The translations under genes were made by a program, and so were the position numbers. The notes beneath the pieces are model-generated. The model was given only the letters and a program-made list of their open reading frames with translations, had not been told where the DNA came from and ran no database searches. DNA of 64,000 nucleotides from Mytilus edulis (taxonomy: Eukaryota), in the NCBI RefSeq assembly GCF_963676685.1, contig NC_092345.1, positions 70,308,001 to 70,372,000 of the forward strand, given 5' to 3'. Below are positions 52,637-64,000 of this stretch, piece by piece. The stretch's first letter is position 1. Each line of letters opens with the position of its first letter.

Positions 52637-53196
52637 CAGTTTGTTTTAGATTTGTCGGAAATACAGTACAAAAATAACACAGAAACAAATAATATAATAG
52701 TCGACACAACATGCAAGTCACAAACAACAACGAGCATATTCTATCAACAATAAACACCACAGATTATTTAAATCAATGACGCGCTAACGCAACTAATATG
52801 CAATCTCGAACTTATAAATTTTTTTTGACAATGATGGTAGGTAAAGGCAATTTAATAATTATTTGGACTACACAATAAGACTTAACAGATAATCCAATCG
52901 AAACCATAACAGAAACATAAAAAATAAACCCATGAATGTTGGATGTACAAAATATCGAAACACGTCGCACAGTAATGCACATTAACATTCAGTAGAACTA
53001 GTGTTGTCAATGGTTAACCGGTCGAATGACCGAATACCGAATACCAAAAACGCTAACCGGTTAACCGGACTTTTTCAATTTTAACAGATTTGATATAAAT
53101 TTGTGTTGAAATCGTTAAATAGTTATGTTTTATTTAAAAATTGTCGTCGTGGTTATTAATGTAACAGATTAATTGTCCAGTATATTGATTGCTATT

Positions 53197-53649
53197 GGCC
53201 CGAGAACACAGTTATTTCGTAGTGCATTTCTTTTAGACAATAAATTCAAATAAAGAAAATCACACCTGCTCTTTCTCAAAAAGATTTTTAAAGTGTAGCG
53301 TACTACCAGTGAGACAAATCATATCTAAATTATAGAAACTTCTACCAACTCTTACTCAAAATATTGACAATTCTGTGTTAAGGGGGTGTAAAATTCAGTT
53401 TGACAGCTTCAGACGTGATAAAATTTGACCTTTTTGAACTGGAACAAATCACTACTTAACATAAAGATTAGGCATCCAAATTTTTTTAACATGTAATTAC
53501 ATCCTCCTGCTTAATATTTCATGCATCTAATATCGAGAAATAAATTGGGAAAGTGTATCAAATTGAACATGCAAGTTATATACTGTTTACACTAGGGAAT
53601 ATATTCGTAGACAACGAAAACCAAAGGACGATAACTATTTCCTTGGACC
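53197..53649. mobile_element. MITE with 4-bp TSD TATT
   Basis: TATT|GGCCCGAGAAC...TCCTTGGACC|TATT; second copy at 28547-28981. Confidence 0.8.
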
Positions 53650-54099
53650 TATTGAATCTAAAAAAAAACATAAAATTAATTAGAACTTGTCTCAGCTCGA
53701 GGCAAGATCTTAAGGAAACATAATTAGTATAATTACATCTTTTTTACAGTAACTTGAAATCGGTTTAATTTAAGATTTAAATTATTTAATTAGCAAAACA
53801 GTGAAATTTATATTTTACACCTCAGTAATCACACTGGTTCAAACTAGATTTTCGTTAGTATAAACTCTTGCATTAAATTTACTCACTATATTATTTCGCT
53901 CTTTTTATTGGATATAAACTTTTCCTTTGTTGTTAATTGTTTATTTATACTATTGCAAAGTGTTTTCTTTACATTTTTGAATTTGATGTTACGTTGAAAT
54001 TAGATATTACGTAAAAGCTACTTGGAATTTTTTGATTGCCTTTTTTGAGGTAAAGTGACTTTTTAAGTTGATAGTAATGAACTTTTCCGCCGTTAAAGT

Positions 54100-55256
54100 A
54101 TGTCTCGGGAATTAAGGGAAAGTAAGAACGTTAACTATAAACAATTGCATTGTGTGGGAATGTCTAGCCCTAATGTTACGGAGGATGTGTTCAGTTTGGA
54201 GAAGGAGATGACTCCAGTGAAGTCAAGAAGACTACAGAAAGTGGAGGAAATTGAGTCGGAGGTCGACAGCAATGACAGTGGTGAAAGCAGCGATGAAGAT
54301 GAGGAGTTGCAGAGGTTAAAGAAGGAGTTGGCGAAAGTAAAGCGGAAAAAGAAGGAACAAAAGTCGAAGGAGAAGAAAGAAAAGATCAGGAAGGAAATAG
54401 AGAAGGAGAAAAAAGAGTTAAAGAAGAAAACGGAGAAACAAAAAGGTACTGCTAAAATAGATGATTCTCTTAACATTAATTCTTTAAGAAAATGTCCTTC
54501 AATTAAGAAAAAGGCAGAATCGGCTGTTAAGAAAATTTTAGAAATTGATTCAGATGATTCGTCTGATGAAAGTGGGGATACCACTTCTAGCTGTGAGTCT
54601 GATGAATTAAGTGATTCTATAAAAAAAAATCCAAAAGACACAAAAACAAAAGCAAGAAAACGTCTGGTATATTTGATCATCCGTCAGATGAAGTAGTAAA
54701 AAAGCAATTGTGGCCGCAATCAAAATTGCAGTTTGAATATGCGGGGTCTAAAATCAATTTTGATGATCTTGAGTTTAACTTATTTGTGGCTGGAGAATTG
54801 GAAATTTTGTCCTCTTCAAAGATAGGCGATAATGAAAGAATTGGTAGAACAAAGCTGTTGAAAAAAATAGCGTATTATACAGAATTGTATGAGTGGAAGG
54901 GTCTGAAAAAAATGTATGCTCATATAATAAGGCAGATTGAAAATGGTTTGGCTGATTGGTCCAAAGATTTCAGTGAGATTGAAACTCCCATTTTGATTAA
55001 ATATGTTAAATCAGATGTCAAGTCTAAAAAATCTATTCAGTATGGGGAAAACACAAAACCAGTAAAGAAAGAAGAGACTGTGTTTTATTGTTCGCATTTT
55101 CAAAGGAAAAAATGTGTGCATACTGATTCACATTATGGCAAAATCCGAGGTGTCGATAAGTACCTTCAACATATTTGTGCGACTTGCTGGAGAGAAGATA
55201 ACAGAAAGGCTTATCATCCGGAATCGTCAGAAATTTGTCCAAATCAAACTAAATGA
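54100..55256 (+). pseudogene. Ngaro ORF1 (gag-like: coiled coil plus Cys/His zinc finger), one frameshift in the A-run at ~54621-54629
   Basis: ORFs 54100-54696 and 54708-55256 join via KTSGIF..VVKKQLWPQ; C-terminal CSHFQRKKC..H..HICATC..H.....CP. Confidence 0.75.
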
Positions 55257-55271
55257 CTAGCAATAAAAAAT

Positions 55272-57230
55272 GTGTTTGGTAAATGTACAATGTTAAATCC
55301 ACTAGCAGAAGTTTTTTTACCAAGTTATATGAAATCGTCGGAAAGTGATGACAAACTTGATAATGATAAGGTTGATAATCTTGACAAGGGAAATGCATTT
55401 ATTAATAAGTGTACACATTTTTGTAAAAAATACAAGAAAGATTTATTGTGTGATGTAAATGTAGACACATTGAATATTAAGATTAAAAAGGTTGGTTTAG
55501 TTGCTCAGGATAAACTGAACGATACTGAGTTTAAAAATACTATTGAAATACATAATCAAATTGTTCAATCAGGTTACCCAAATTATTTGGGTTGTAGAAT
55601 TCCAGTTAAATCTGGAATTAATGTAGATTTTTTTAGGGAAAATTTGATAGACTATGACGATGAAATCATTTGCGAGTTTTTACAGTTTGGTGCTCCGATT
55701 GGATATCAGGGAGAAATGTTAAATGAAGGTTCATCTAAAGTTAAGAATCATAAAGGGGCTACAGATTTCCATGATGAAATTTTGGCTTAATTATTAAAGG
55801 AAGCTACATATGGAGCAATAATTGGACCGTTTGACAAAAATCCTTTTTCTTGTCATTTCAAAATTTCACCGTTAAATTCGGTGTATAAAAAAAGACTCGG
55901 TGGAACGAAGGGTCATTTTAGACTTAAGTTTCCCACCTGGAAGATCCGTAAATGATTTTATCTCAAAGGATGTTTATTTAGGTGAAAGAGTTCAATTATC
56001 GTATCCGAAAGTTGATGATTTAGTCGGAATAATTAAGGATAAAGGTGGTAAGTGTCTGGTTTTTAAGAAGGATTTGAAAAGGGCCTACAGGCAAATTCCA
56101 ATTGATCCAGGTGATTTGCATTTAGTTGGTTTTCAGTAGGATAATAAGCTCTTTGCGGATCGTGTTCTTCCTATGGGTTTACGGTCTAGTGCTTTGATTT
56201 GTCAAAGAATCACTACAGCTGTTAGTTTTATGTTTTATAAGATGGGATACATGGTTATCAATTATCTAGATGATTTTGGTGGTGCGGATACGGTGGATAA
56301 AGCTGATGAAGCTTATATTGCTTTAGGTGCATTACTAGATAGTTGTGGGCTAGAGGAGTCAAAGCAAAAAGGAGTAGCTCCTACTACGAGGATGGAATTT
56401 TTAGGAATCACAGTTGACACTGTGAAGTTGACTTTGGAAGTTACTTCAGATCGTGTTCTAGAGATTCCGTTGTTAGTTCAGGCTTGGTTAAGAAAGAAAA
56501 AAGCTTCTTTAAGAGAGTTACAGTCAATACTTGGGAAACTTCATTTTGTGTCCACCTGTGTACGACCCGGTAGATTATTTGTCAGTCGTTTGTTGAACTG
56601 GCTTCGTAGTGCTTTCCCTTCAAATGTCGTGGGCAGTGGACATAAGATATATAGAAAGATTCCGGTAGAGGTACAGAAAGACTTATTGTGGTGGCATAGG
56701 TTTCTGTCGAGCTATAATGGTATCTCTATGATGTCTCTTGAAGATTGGTCGTCTCCAGATGAGATTTTTTCAAGCGATGCTTGTTTAGAAGGGTTTGGAG
56801 CTATTACTTCAAATCAGTATTTTCATGCTGTTTTTCCTTCTGATATCACAAAAGATCAATTACATATCAATTGTTTGGAGTTACTTGCTATTGTAGTTGC
56901 GGTTAAAATTTGGGGGAAAACATTTTGCTGGAAAAAAAAATTCTGATCTTTTGTGATAATGAGGCGTCTGTTCAGGTCATCAATTCAGGTTCATCTAAGG
57001 ATGCTTTTATGCAAAGTTGTTTGAGAGAGCTTTGTTTTATTCAAGCAAGTTTTCAGTTTGAAGTTCAAGCCAGACACATTTTAGGTGTAGAAAATAGACT
57101 TGCTGACTATTTGTCTCGATGACATTGTAGTCATAAATACAGAGAGTTATTTAAGTCAGCTATTTCAGTAGATAGATATGAAGAGGTACCAGTTCTCATG
57201 TCAGATTTTTCATTTTTAAATAATTGGTAA
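55272..57230 (+). pseudogene. Ngaro RT / RNase H, with several stops and frameshifts
   Basis: RRVILDLSFP, KKDLKRAYRQIP, PMGLRSS, YLDDF, FLGI, SDAC, HINCLEL, FCDN, HILGVENRLADYLSR. Confidence 0.9.
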
Positions 57231-57242
57231 TTTATTTTACAG

Positions 57243-58006
57243 AGTTAGAGGTTCTGCGGTTTCAATGTAAAGATTCTGCTAAACATGCTTTTGCGGAGAG
57301 TACTCATAAAAATAAGAAAACTCAGTTAGAATCACATTTTATGTTTGTATATATTTTGAAAGTATTCCCGTTCCTGCTACAGTTCATGTTTTGACACCAT
57401 ATGCACAGTTTCTAAGTAGAAGTTTTAAATCTGTTGAATATAAAGAATTATATTAGTTCAGTAAGATATCTGCATTTATTATTAGATTTAGAATATCCAC
57501 AGTTTGGAGCTTTTCATTTTAGATTAGTATTAAGAGGTTTATGTAGAATTAAGGCACATTGTCTAAAACAGGCCTTGCCAATTACTCCTCACATTTTCCT
57601 TCAAATTTATAAGAACTTATATATGAATAGTGCATATGATGCTACTATATGGTGTTTATTTTTACATGCCTTTTTTCTAATGTTTAAAATCTAAATTCGT
57701 AGATACTATTATGTCATATTTCGGAAATTTAATTCACAAGTTAAAAAGATGACATTTGCTAAGTTGATATTTACTTCTATTCTTCCTAGACCAGTTGATC
57801 ACATAAAAACTGGAGCTAAAGTTAATAAAGTTAATACTGAGTTAAGAAATAATTTATTATATTGTAATTTGTATAGGAGTTTCTTACTCGACAATATTCC
57901 AGATTCTTCCTTATTTGCTCCGAGAGATGGGCTTCGTTTAAATTTTGCTGGTACAGAACTTTTCAGAAAAAAGATAATCAATATTATTAAGCATCAGAGT
58001 ATATAA
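57243..58006 (+). pseudogene. Ngaro tyrosine-recombinase N-terminal part joined by deletion to an SGNH-hydrolase C-terminal remnant
   Basis: YR-like AFAEST..FC, IKNYISSVRYLH, KQALPITP and AFFLMF end at ~57694. Then IFTSILPRPVD..VN..L..LFAPRDGLRLN..G follows (SGNH DxxH block with H replaced by R). Confidence 0.7.
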
Positions 58007-61000
58007 ATTGTAATGTGTTACAATTGGTTTTTTTAATTTACTTCATGCATGTGAATGTTTGCCAAAAAATTTGGTTATATATCTATGTTTATGTATTTTC
58101 ATTTGTGTATTTAATTATTTATGATATATTGTATTTTGTAATATATTGAAAAAATATTTATATCAGGCAATACAAATTATACCTATTGACTTCCTTTTAT
58201 TTCACTCACTTGATAATTGGTTTAATTTAAGATTTAAATTATTTAATTAGCAAAACAGTGAAATTTATATTTTACACCTCAGTAATCACACTGGTTCAAA
58301 CTAGATTTTCGTTAGTATAAACTCTTGCATTAAATTTACTCACTATATTATTTCGCTCTTTTTATTGGATATAAACTTTTCCTTTGTTGATAATTGTTTA
58401 TTTATACTATTGCAAAGTGTTTTCTTTACATTTTTGAATTTGATGTTACGTTGAAATTACCCACCCTCCCTCCCTTGTTAACTTTTTTTTTCCCCTTTTA
58501 TAAATTTATAGCGGCGGATGTTTGCCAAAAAATTTGGTTATATATCTATGTTTATGTATTTTCATTTGTGTATTTAATTATTTATGATATATTGTATTTT
58601 GTAATATATTGAAAAAATATTTATATCAGGCAATACAAATTATACCTATTGACTTCCTTTTATTTCACTCACTTGATAATTAGTAATACGATTAATTTTG
58701 CGATTTACTTTATTATTTCGTTTTTGATCAAATATTCTGTAGGCCTACGTCTGAATATGCAACCTCCGTTGTGTAAGGACTTCTCTAACTTTAAACGAAA
58801 TGCTAACCCAAAAATTGTGAAATGTAGACAAACGTGAATGTACTCAATGTATGCGTGATAGTACGAGTGACATGCTTAGTAATCATTTCAAATTGAAACC
58901 CTCCACAATAATTTCGAAGACAACAAGAGAAAGGAAAGAATAACCGGTTTCAGACATATTCAATTCTACGAGATCAAGAAGGTTTCTTTTATTTTTCAAT
59001 CTGAATTTGGTAAAAACGATATAGATGATAAGGTGTTTTTGATTATTAAAAGTCAACCTTCGCCAGGAATCTGACAGACAAGCCTTATAATGCCAACAAA
59101 GGACAAACTTCAATTCTAAAAGCATAAATTTATGACTTGGATGGAAGGTTGTCATATTGAGACTCATACCACATCTTATATCTATGTGTAGGGTGATATA
59201 GATAAATAGACTTTCAAACACCAATTTAAAAAACTACCGGTGAACCGGTTAATCGGTCGAACGATTATCCGAGTAACAGGTTAGGCAAAAGTGTCCGTTT
59301 TGACAACACTAAGTAGAACATTTCTTTTTAAATTAATAAAATTTCAGGATGTGACCAATTTCATAACTTAAGGCATAAATAAAGGCAGCAGTAGTATACC
59401 GCTGTTCAAAACTCGTAAATCTATGAACAAAAAACAAAGTTGGGGTAACAAACTAAACCTGAGAGAAACGCATTAAATATAAGAAGAGAACAAACATAGT
59501 TTTTTTTTTTAATTTCTGAATCGAAAGAAAAGGGGAAAAATCCAGGAATCTGAAAAAAAATCATCATGACTGGGTTTTCCCCGACGTTTGCTAATTGGTA
59601 CTTGTGACTATTTATCAACTTGGTGGGTTTTTTTCAACAAATCTAGAATATGAAATTTTTATTTTTTTAACTGTTTCTTTAGATAAACTTTGATAACATT
59701 CCAAATGAAAATTGTATAATTCCGTAAGTAGTCTCTTTTATTTTCTTTGCTGGTCTATTGGTTCGTTAGCATTACCGGACAAATTTTATCATTTTTTACC
59801 GTCCCACTACATCCATCAATAGGCGTTTATCTCCCCGTTGAAAGTATTATTATATTGAAAATAAATTTCATGCATTAAGCAGTTTTGTCTGACGTGAAAA
59901 TAAGTTCCCCAACATCCCATGTCTTCATTTACACACACAGTGTACTTAGTCTTTATAACATTTTTACGGGTACAATAGACATACTTAGAATACGTCGACA
60001 TGCCGCTGCATGATAATTAATCATTTTATGAAGGCATGTCTAACTATCACTACTCTCCAATTAGCTTTTCTATCGGACAAATATTGACGTGCAGCAGAAA
60101 AATAGTTGAGTGTAAATCAATTTAAAAATCTATAAACCGAAAAACACGAACCTCAAAAAACACGGAATGATCTCATGTGCTTCAGAAAAGTAAGCAGATC
60201 CTTCTTCACACGTGAACCGCATCGTGTTGCTCATTTAAGTACACACCTGGTGATAAGTCGATATTGGTTGGTCTTTTCCGGGGTTGAGGAGTACGGTTAT
60301 TGGGACATATTCGTCGTAATCTACGAAACAGATATCCCATAACGGTCAACGAACTCGTGATTGCGTCCGTACAATTTTCGGGAGAAAGATTTAATCGTCA
60401 CTACTTTTGATTTAATACCTTCTTTGTGTGCAGCAACCATCCATCGATGAAATAATTGTTTGAAACGCATGCCATCGAATATCGTATCAACTAGGAGATA
60501 TATACTCCATATGCAGGCGTTGCTTGAATATTAATACATTTAACACACATTGCTGTAAATGATGTCGTATAACTGTCCGTATAATTCATGCTTTGTCAAA
60601 CAGAAATTGGATAATCATCATAATAAAATTTGGTAAAGGAGTATCTTGGAAACGATCCAGTATAGGCTTCAGTGCCCAGAAATATAATTAAAAATGCCAT
60701 TTTTCAATTATTGTTGTAGCGTAAGTATTTTCGTTTTTGATTGCTTCATAAATTTTTCATTTTGTGTCTTTTATAGCTAGTTATTTGGTTTGAAATGTTC
60801 TCTTTGTTGAATGGCGTACGGTACTTGCTGTTGTTCTAATATTTTTCGTTAAGTTTTAACAGATAGTTGTGTCATAAACAATATTACAACATATCCTTAC
60901 TATAAATTTTACTTAAAGCAAACATATTAAGCTTACCTATGCCTGTTTAAAAGAATTGCTTTGTACAAAACGATTCACTCAGCCGTCAATTCATTTATAA

Positions 61001-61212
61001 ATAGTAACATTGTCATATGTATTGATGAAAATTGAAAACATATCATCATCCAATGAAATTTGTTTATAAGTTCTATACTAGAAATATGTTTACGCTGCAA
61101 TATTTCCTTACAATGCACATACATTTTATTTTCTCGAAAGTAGAATTAAACAGTGTTTTTTAAACGACAGATGTAAAAGTAGGATTTTTTGGTTTTGTTC
61201 TAAAAACATCCC

Positions 61213-61738
61213 TTAATGGATAGAGTTTGCTCGACTCAAATTCTGTCTTTGATTCCCACTTGACAGAAAATCTAAACTGAAGTCCGCTTTTGTAATTTCT
61301 CCTCTTCTTTGGTTATCTGCTGAAAATTCTATAACAGCATTCGTTGGTTTGCCCATTCCTCTGTTTAATTCAACGGAAAACAACGTGTTATTCTCTTTTG
61401 CGACATACATGAAGAACAGAAATGGATGATTTGTTCTTCCAGGTTTGAGTCCTAAACAACCAGTTGGCCAAATACGAATCCTTTGATGTGGAGGTAGTAA
61501 AATATCCCCAGATTCGAAAATAAGTTTGTGGTCCTTGTGTTTAGCAATTATGTCATCAGAATTTCGTTGCAAACAGCACTCAGCTTTAAAATATAAAGTT
61601 GTATTATTTTTCTCGTGATAGAATAATAAAACTTTGCACAACTTTCGATTTCCGTAAATTAAATCCAGTTCGTTTTTTAATCTTTCAGCAAAATTTTCAT
61701 CTTCCTTCTGTCCACGTTTAATTGCAACAAAGGCTGCC
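61213..61738 (-). CDS. Paralogue D: last exon (UPA-like domain); remaining exons are beyond the window end
   Basis: Acceptor ggtctttttcag| identical to paralogue C, phase 2; protein highly similar to the last exon of C; earlier stop. Confidence 0.75.
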
Positions 61739-61829
61739 CTGAAAAAGACCGATAACGAGAAATAAATTCGTCTGTATTGAGCAGTATTTAATACGAACAA
61801 AATAGTGAAGTTAAATGAGCTGTACAGTA

Positions 61830-63270
61830 TAACGCAATGAGACAGCCGAGGGATATACGCCAATGAGACAGTCGAGGAATATACACCAATAAGGCAGCTG
61901 TAGGATGTACGTCAATGAGACAGCAGTAAAGTATGCGTCAATGACACAGCAGTAGGATGTACGCCAACGCGACAGCACTAAGATATATGTCAATGATACG
62001 GCAATAGGATTTACGCCAATGAGTCAATAGTAGTGTGTACGCCAATGAGACAGTAGTAGGATGTATGGCAAGGAGACAGCAGTAGGATGTACGCCAATGA
62101 AACAGCAGTAGGATGTACGCCAATGAGACAGTTGTAGGATGTACGTCAATGATACAGCAATAGGATGTACACCAATGAGACAGCAGTAGGATGTACGACA
62201 ATGAGACAGCACTAGGATGTACGCCAATAAGACAGCAGTAGAGTATACCCCCCAACAACACAGCAATAGGATGAACACCAATGAGACAGTAGTATGATGA
62301 AACGCCAATGAGACAGCAGTAGGATGTACGCGAATTATACAGCAATAGGATGTACGCCAATGAGACAGCAGTAGGATGAACGCAAATGAGACAGTAGGAG
62401 AATGTACGCCAATAAGACAGCAGTAGGATGTACGCAAATGAGGCAGGATTAAGATGTACACAAATGAAACAGCAGTACGATATACGCCAATGAAACAGCA
62501 ATAGTTATGTACGCCAATGAGACAGCATTATGATGTACGCAAATGAGACAGCAGTACGATATACGCCAATGAGACAGCAGTCGGATGTAAGTCAATGAGA
62601 CAGCAGTAAGACATACGCAAATGAACCAGGAATTGGATATTCGCTAATGAGACAGTAGTAGGATGTTCGCAAACGAGACAGCAGTAGGATGTACGCGAAT
62701 AAGACAGTAGTAGGATGTTCGCCAATGATAAATCAGTAAGATGTACGCCAATGATACAGCAGTAGGATGTACGCAAATGAAACAGCAATAGAATGTACTC
62801 GAATGATACAGCAATATGATGTACGCGAATGAGACAGCAATCAGATGTACGCCAATGAGAGAGCAGTAGGATGTACGCGAATGAGAGAGCAGTAGGATGT
62901 ACGCAAATGATACATCAATAAGATGTACGCAAATTATACAGCAATAGCATATATGCCAATGAGACAGGAGTAAGATGTACGGAATGATACAGCAGTACGA
63001 GGTACGCGATTGAGAGAGCAGTAAGATTTACGCAAATGAGACAGTAATAGAATGTACGCGAAAAGGACAGCAGTAGGATGTACGCCAATGATACAGCAAT
63101 AGGATGTACGCGAATTATACAGTAATAAGATGTACGCGAATTATACAACAATAGGGTGTACGCGAATGAGACAGCAGTAGGATGTACGCAAATGACACAG
63201 CAATAGGATGTACGCAAATTATACAGCAATAGCATGTACGCGAATTATAAAGCAATAGGATGTACGCTTA
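61830..63270. repeat. 26-bp minisatellite, ~55 units (GAGACAGCAGTAGGATGTACGCCAAT)
   Basis: Directly visible tandem array in the last intron of paralogue D. Confidence 0.95.
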
Positions 63271-63369
63271 TATACAACATTTCTGATAACCACAAATATA
63301 ATGTAAAGTAGGTTGTTCTGTTATGGCATAATACATTTCGTTTTTATATAAATATAAAAAAAACACCTT

Positions 63370-63870
63370 AAAAGAGGGACGAAACATACCAAAGGGACAG
63401 TCAAACTCATAAATCTAAAATAAACTGACAACGCCATGGCTAAAAATGAAAAAGACATACAGACAAACAATAGTACACATAACACAACACAGAAAACTAA
63501 AGAATAAACAACATGAAAACGACATGAACCCCACAAAAAACTAGGGGTGATCTCAGGTGCTCCGGAAGGGTAAACAGATCCTGCTCCACATGTGGCACCC
63601 GTCGTGTTGCGTATGTGATAACAAATCCGGTAAATAGTCTAATTCGGTAGGTCACATTCATGAAAGGGAAGGGGATTGTAGTTACGACGTAAGGAACATA
63701 TCCGATATCATTTGGTCAGCAAACTCGTGATGGCGTCCATAAAATTTACGAAGGGATGATTTCAACTTCACCATTTGGAACTCTTGGTTTTAGAGCTTCC
63801 TTGTGAGCAGCAACCCTCTATCAAGAAAATCATGATATGAAATGCAAGCACGGGAATATCGTATCAATTT
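63370..63870 (-). mobile_element. 5'-truncated Penelope-like element
   Basis: Near-identical to the 3' part of 16016-17430 but without the MITE. Confidence 0.85.
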
Positions 63871-64000
63871 GGGAATTAACGAATACTCTGAAACTGTAAA
63901 ATATTAACTAAATCTCTTTTTGATCATAAATAGAAATGTTTTAATCGAATCATACTTTTTTATATATGTGTAGATGGAAGACTAGAATTTAAACACATCA

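Larger units (their letters stand above)
53762..58681 (+). mobile_element. Ngaro-type (DIRS order) tyrosine-recombinase retrotransposon with split direct repeats, decayed
   Basis: A1 53762-54002 = A2 58219-58459 (241 bp); B1 58055-58218 = B2 58518-58681 (164 bp); order A1-ORFs-B1-A2-spacer-B2. Contains gag-like, RT/RNase H, YR and SGNH remnants. Confidence 0.9.
52999..59311. mobile_element. Non-autonomous hAT-type element (8-bp TSD AGTAGAAC) hosting a MITE and a Ngaro element
   Basis: AGTAGAAC|TAGTGTTGTCAA ... TTGACAACACTA|AGTAGAAC; subterminal aaccggtt repeats at both ends. Confidence 0.85.

Noticed and set aside
54135-54680. 181-aa Phe/Ser-rich minus-strand ORF
   Set aside because: Antisense shadow of the Lys/Glu-rich Ngaro ORF1.
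61811-63235. Cys/Tyr-rich ORFs and a CRISPR-like periodicity
   Set aside because: These are translations of a 26-bp tandem minisatellite; there are no unique spacers or cas genes, and the context is a eukaryotic intron.

Overview
This is AT-rich, intron-containing animal genomic DNA. The repeat families look like those of a bivalve mollusc, most likely a Mytilus mussel (my recognition, not a database result). Host genes: (1) the 3' end of a + strand gene for a probably GPI-anchored protein with an Asn/Gln/Pro-rich stalk and possibly a Reeler domain; (2) a - strand tandem array of at least four paralogues (A 5234-10781, B 13958-22808, C 27357-43658, and D, last exon only, 61213-61738). Exons hand-assembled from splice sites give ~510-580 aa proteins resembling the ZU5-ZU5-UPA module of DTHD1/PIDD1/ankyrin, but they end with no death domain. 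Introns and intergenic DNA are full of mobile DNA: at least three sequence types of type I hammerhead-ribozyme retrozymes (one complete 357-nt monomer), many Penelope-like RT fragments, a decayed Ginger2-type transposon, a Ngaro-type tyrosine-recombinase retrotransposon with split direct repeats nested in a hAT-type element, a CAC-ended 5-bp-TSD (Transib-like) element carrying a four-layer nest, MITEs, foldbacks, a tRNA-derived repeat and a 26-bp minisatellite. All family assignments come from motif recognition by eye; no searches were run.
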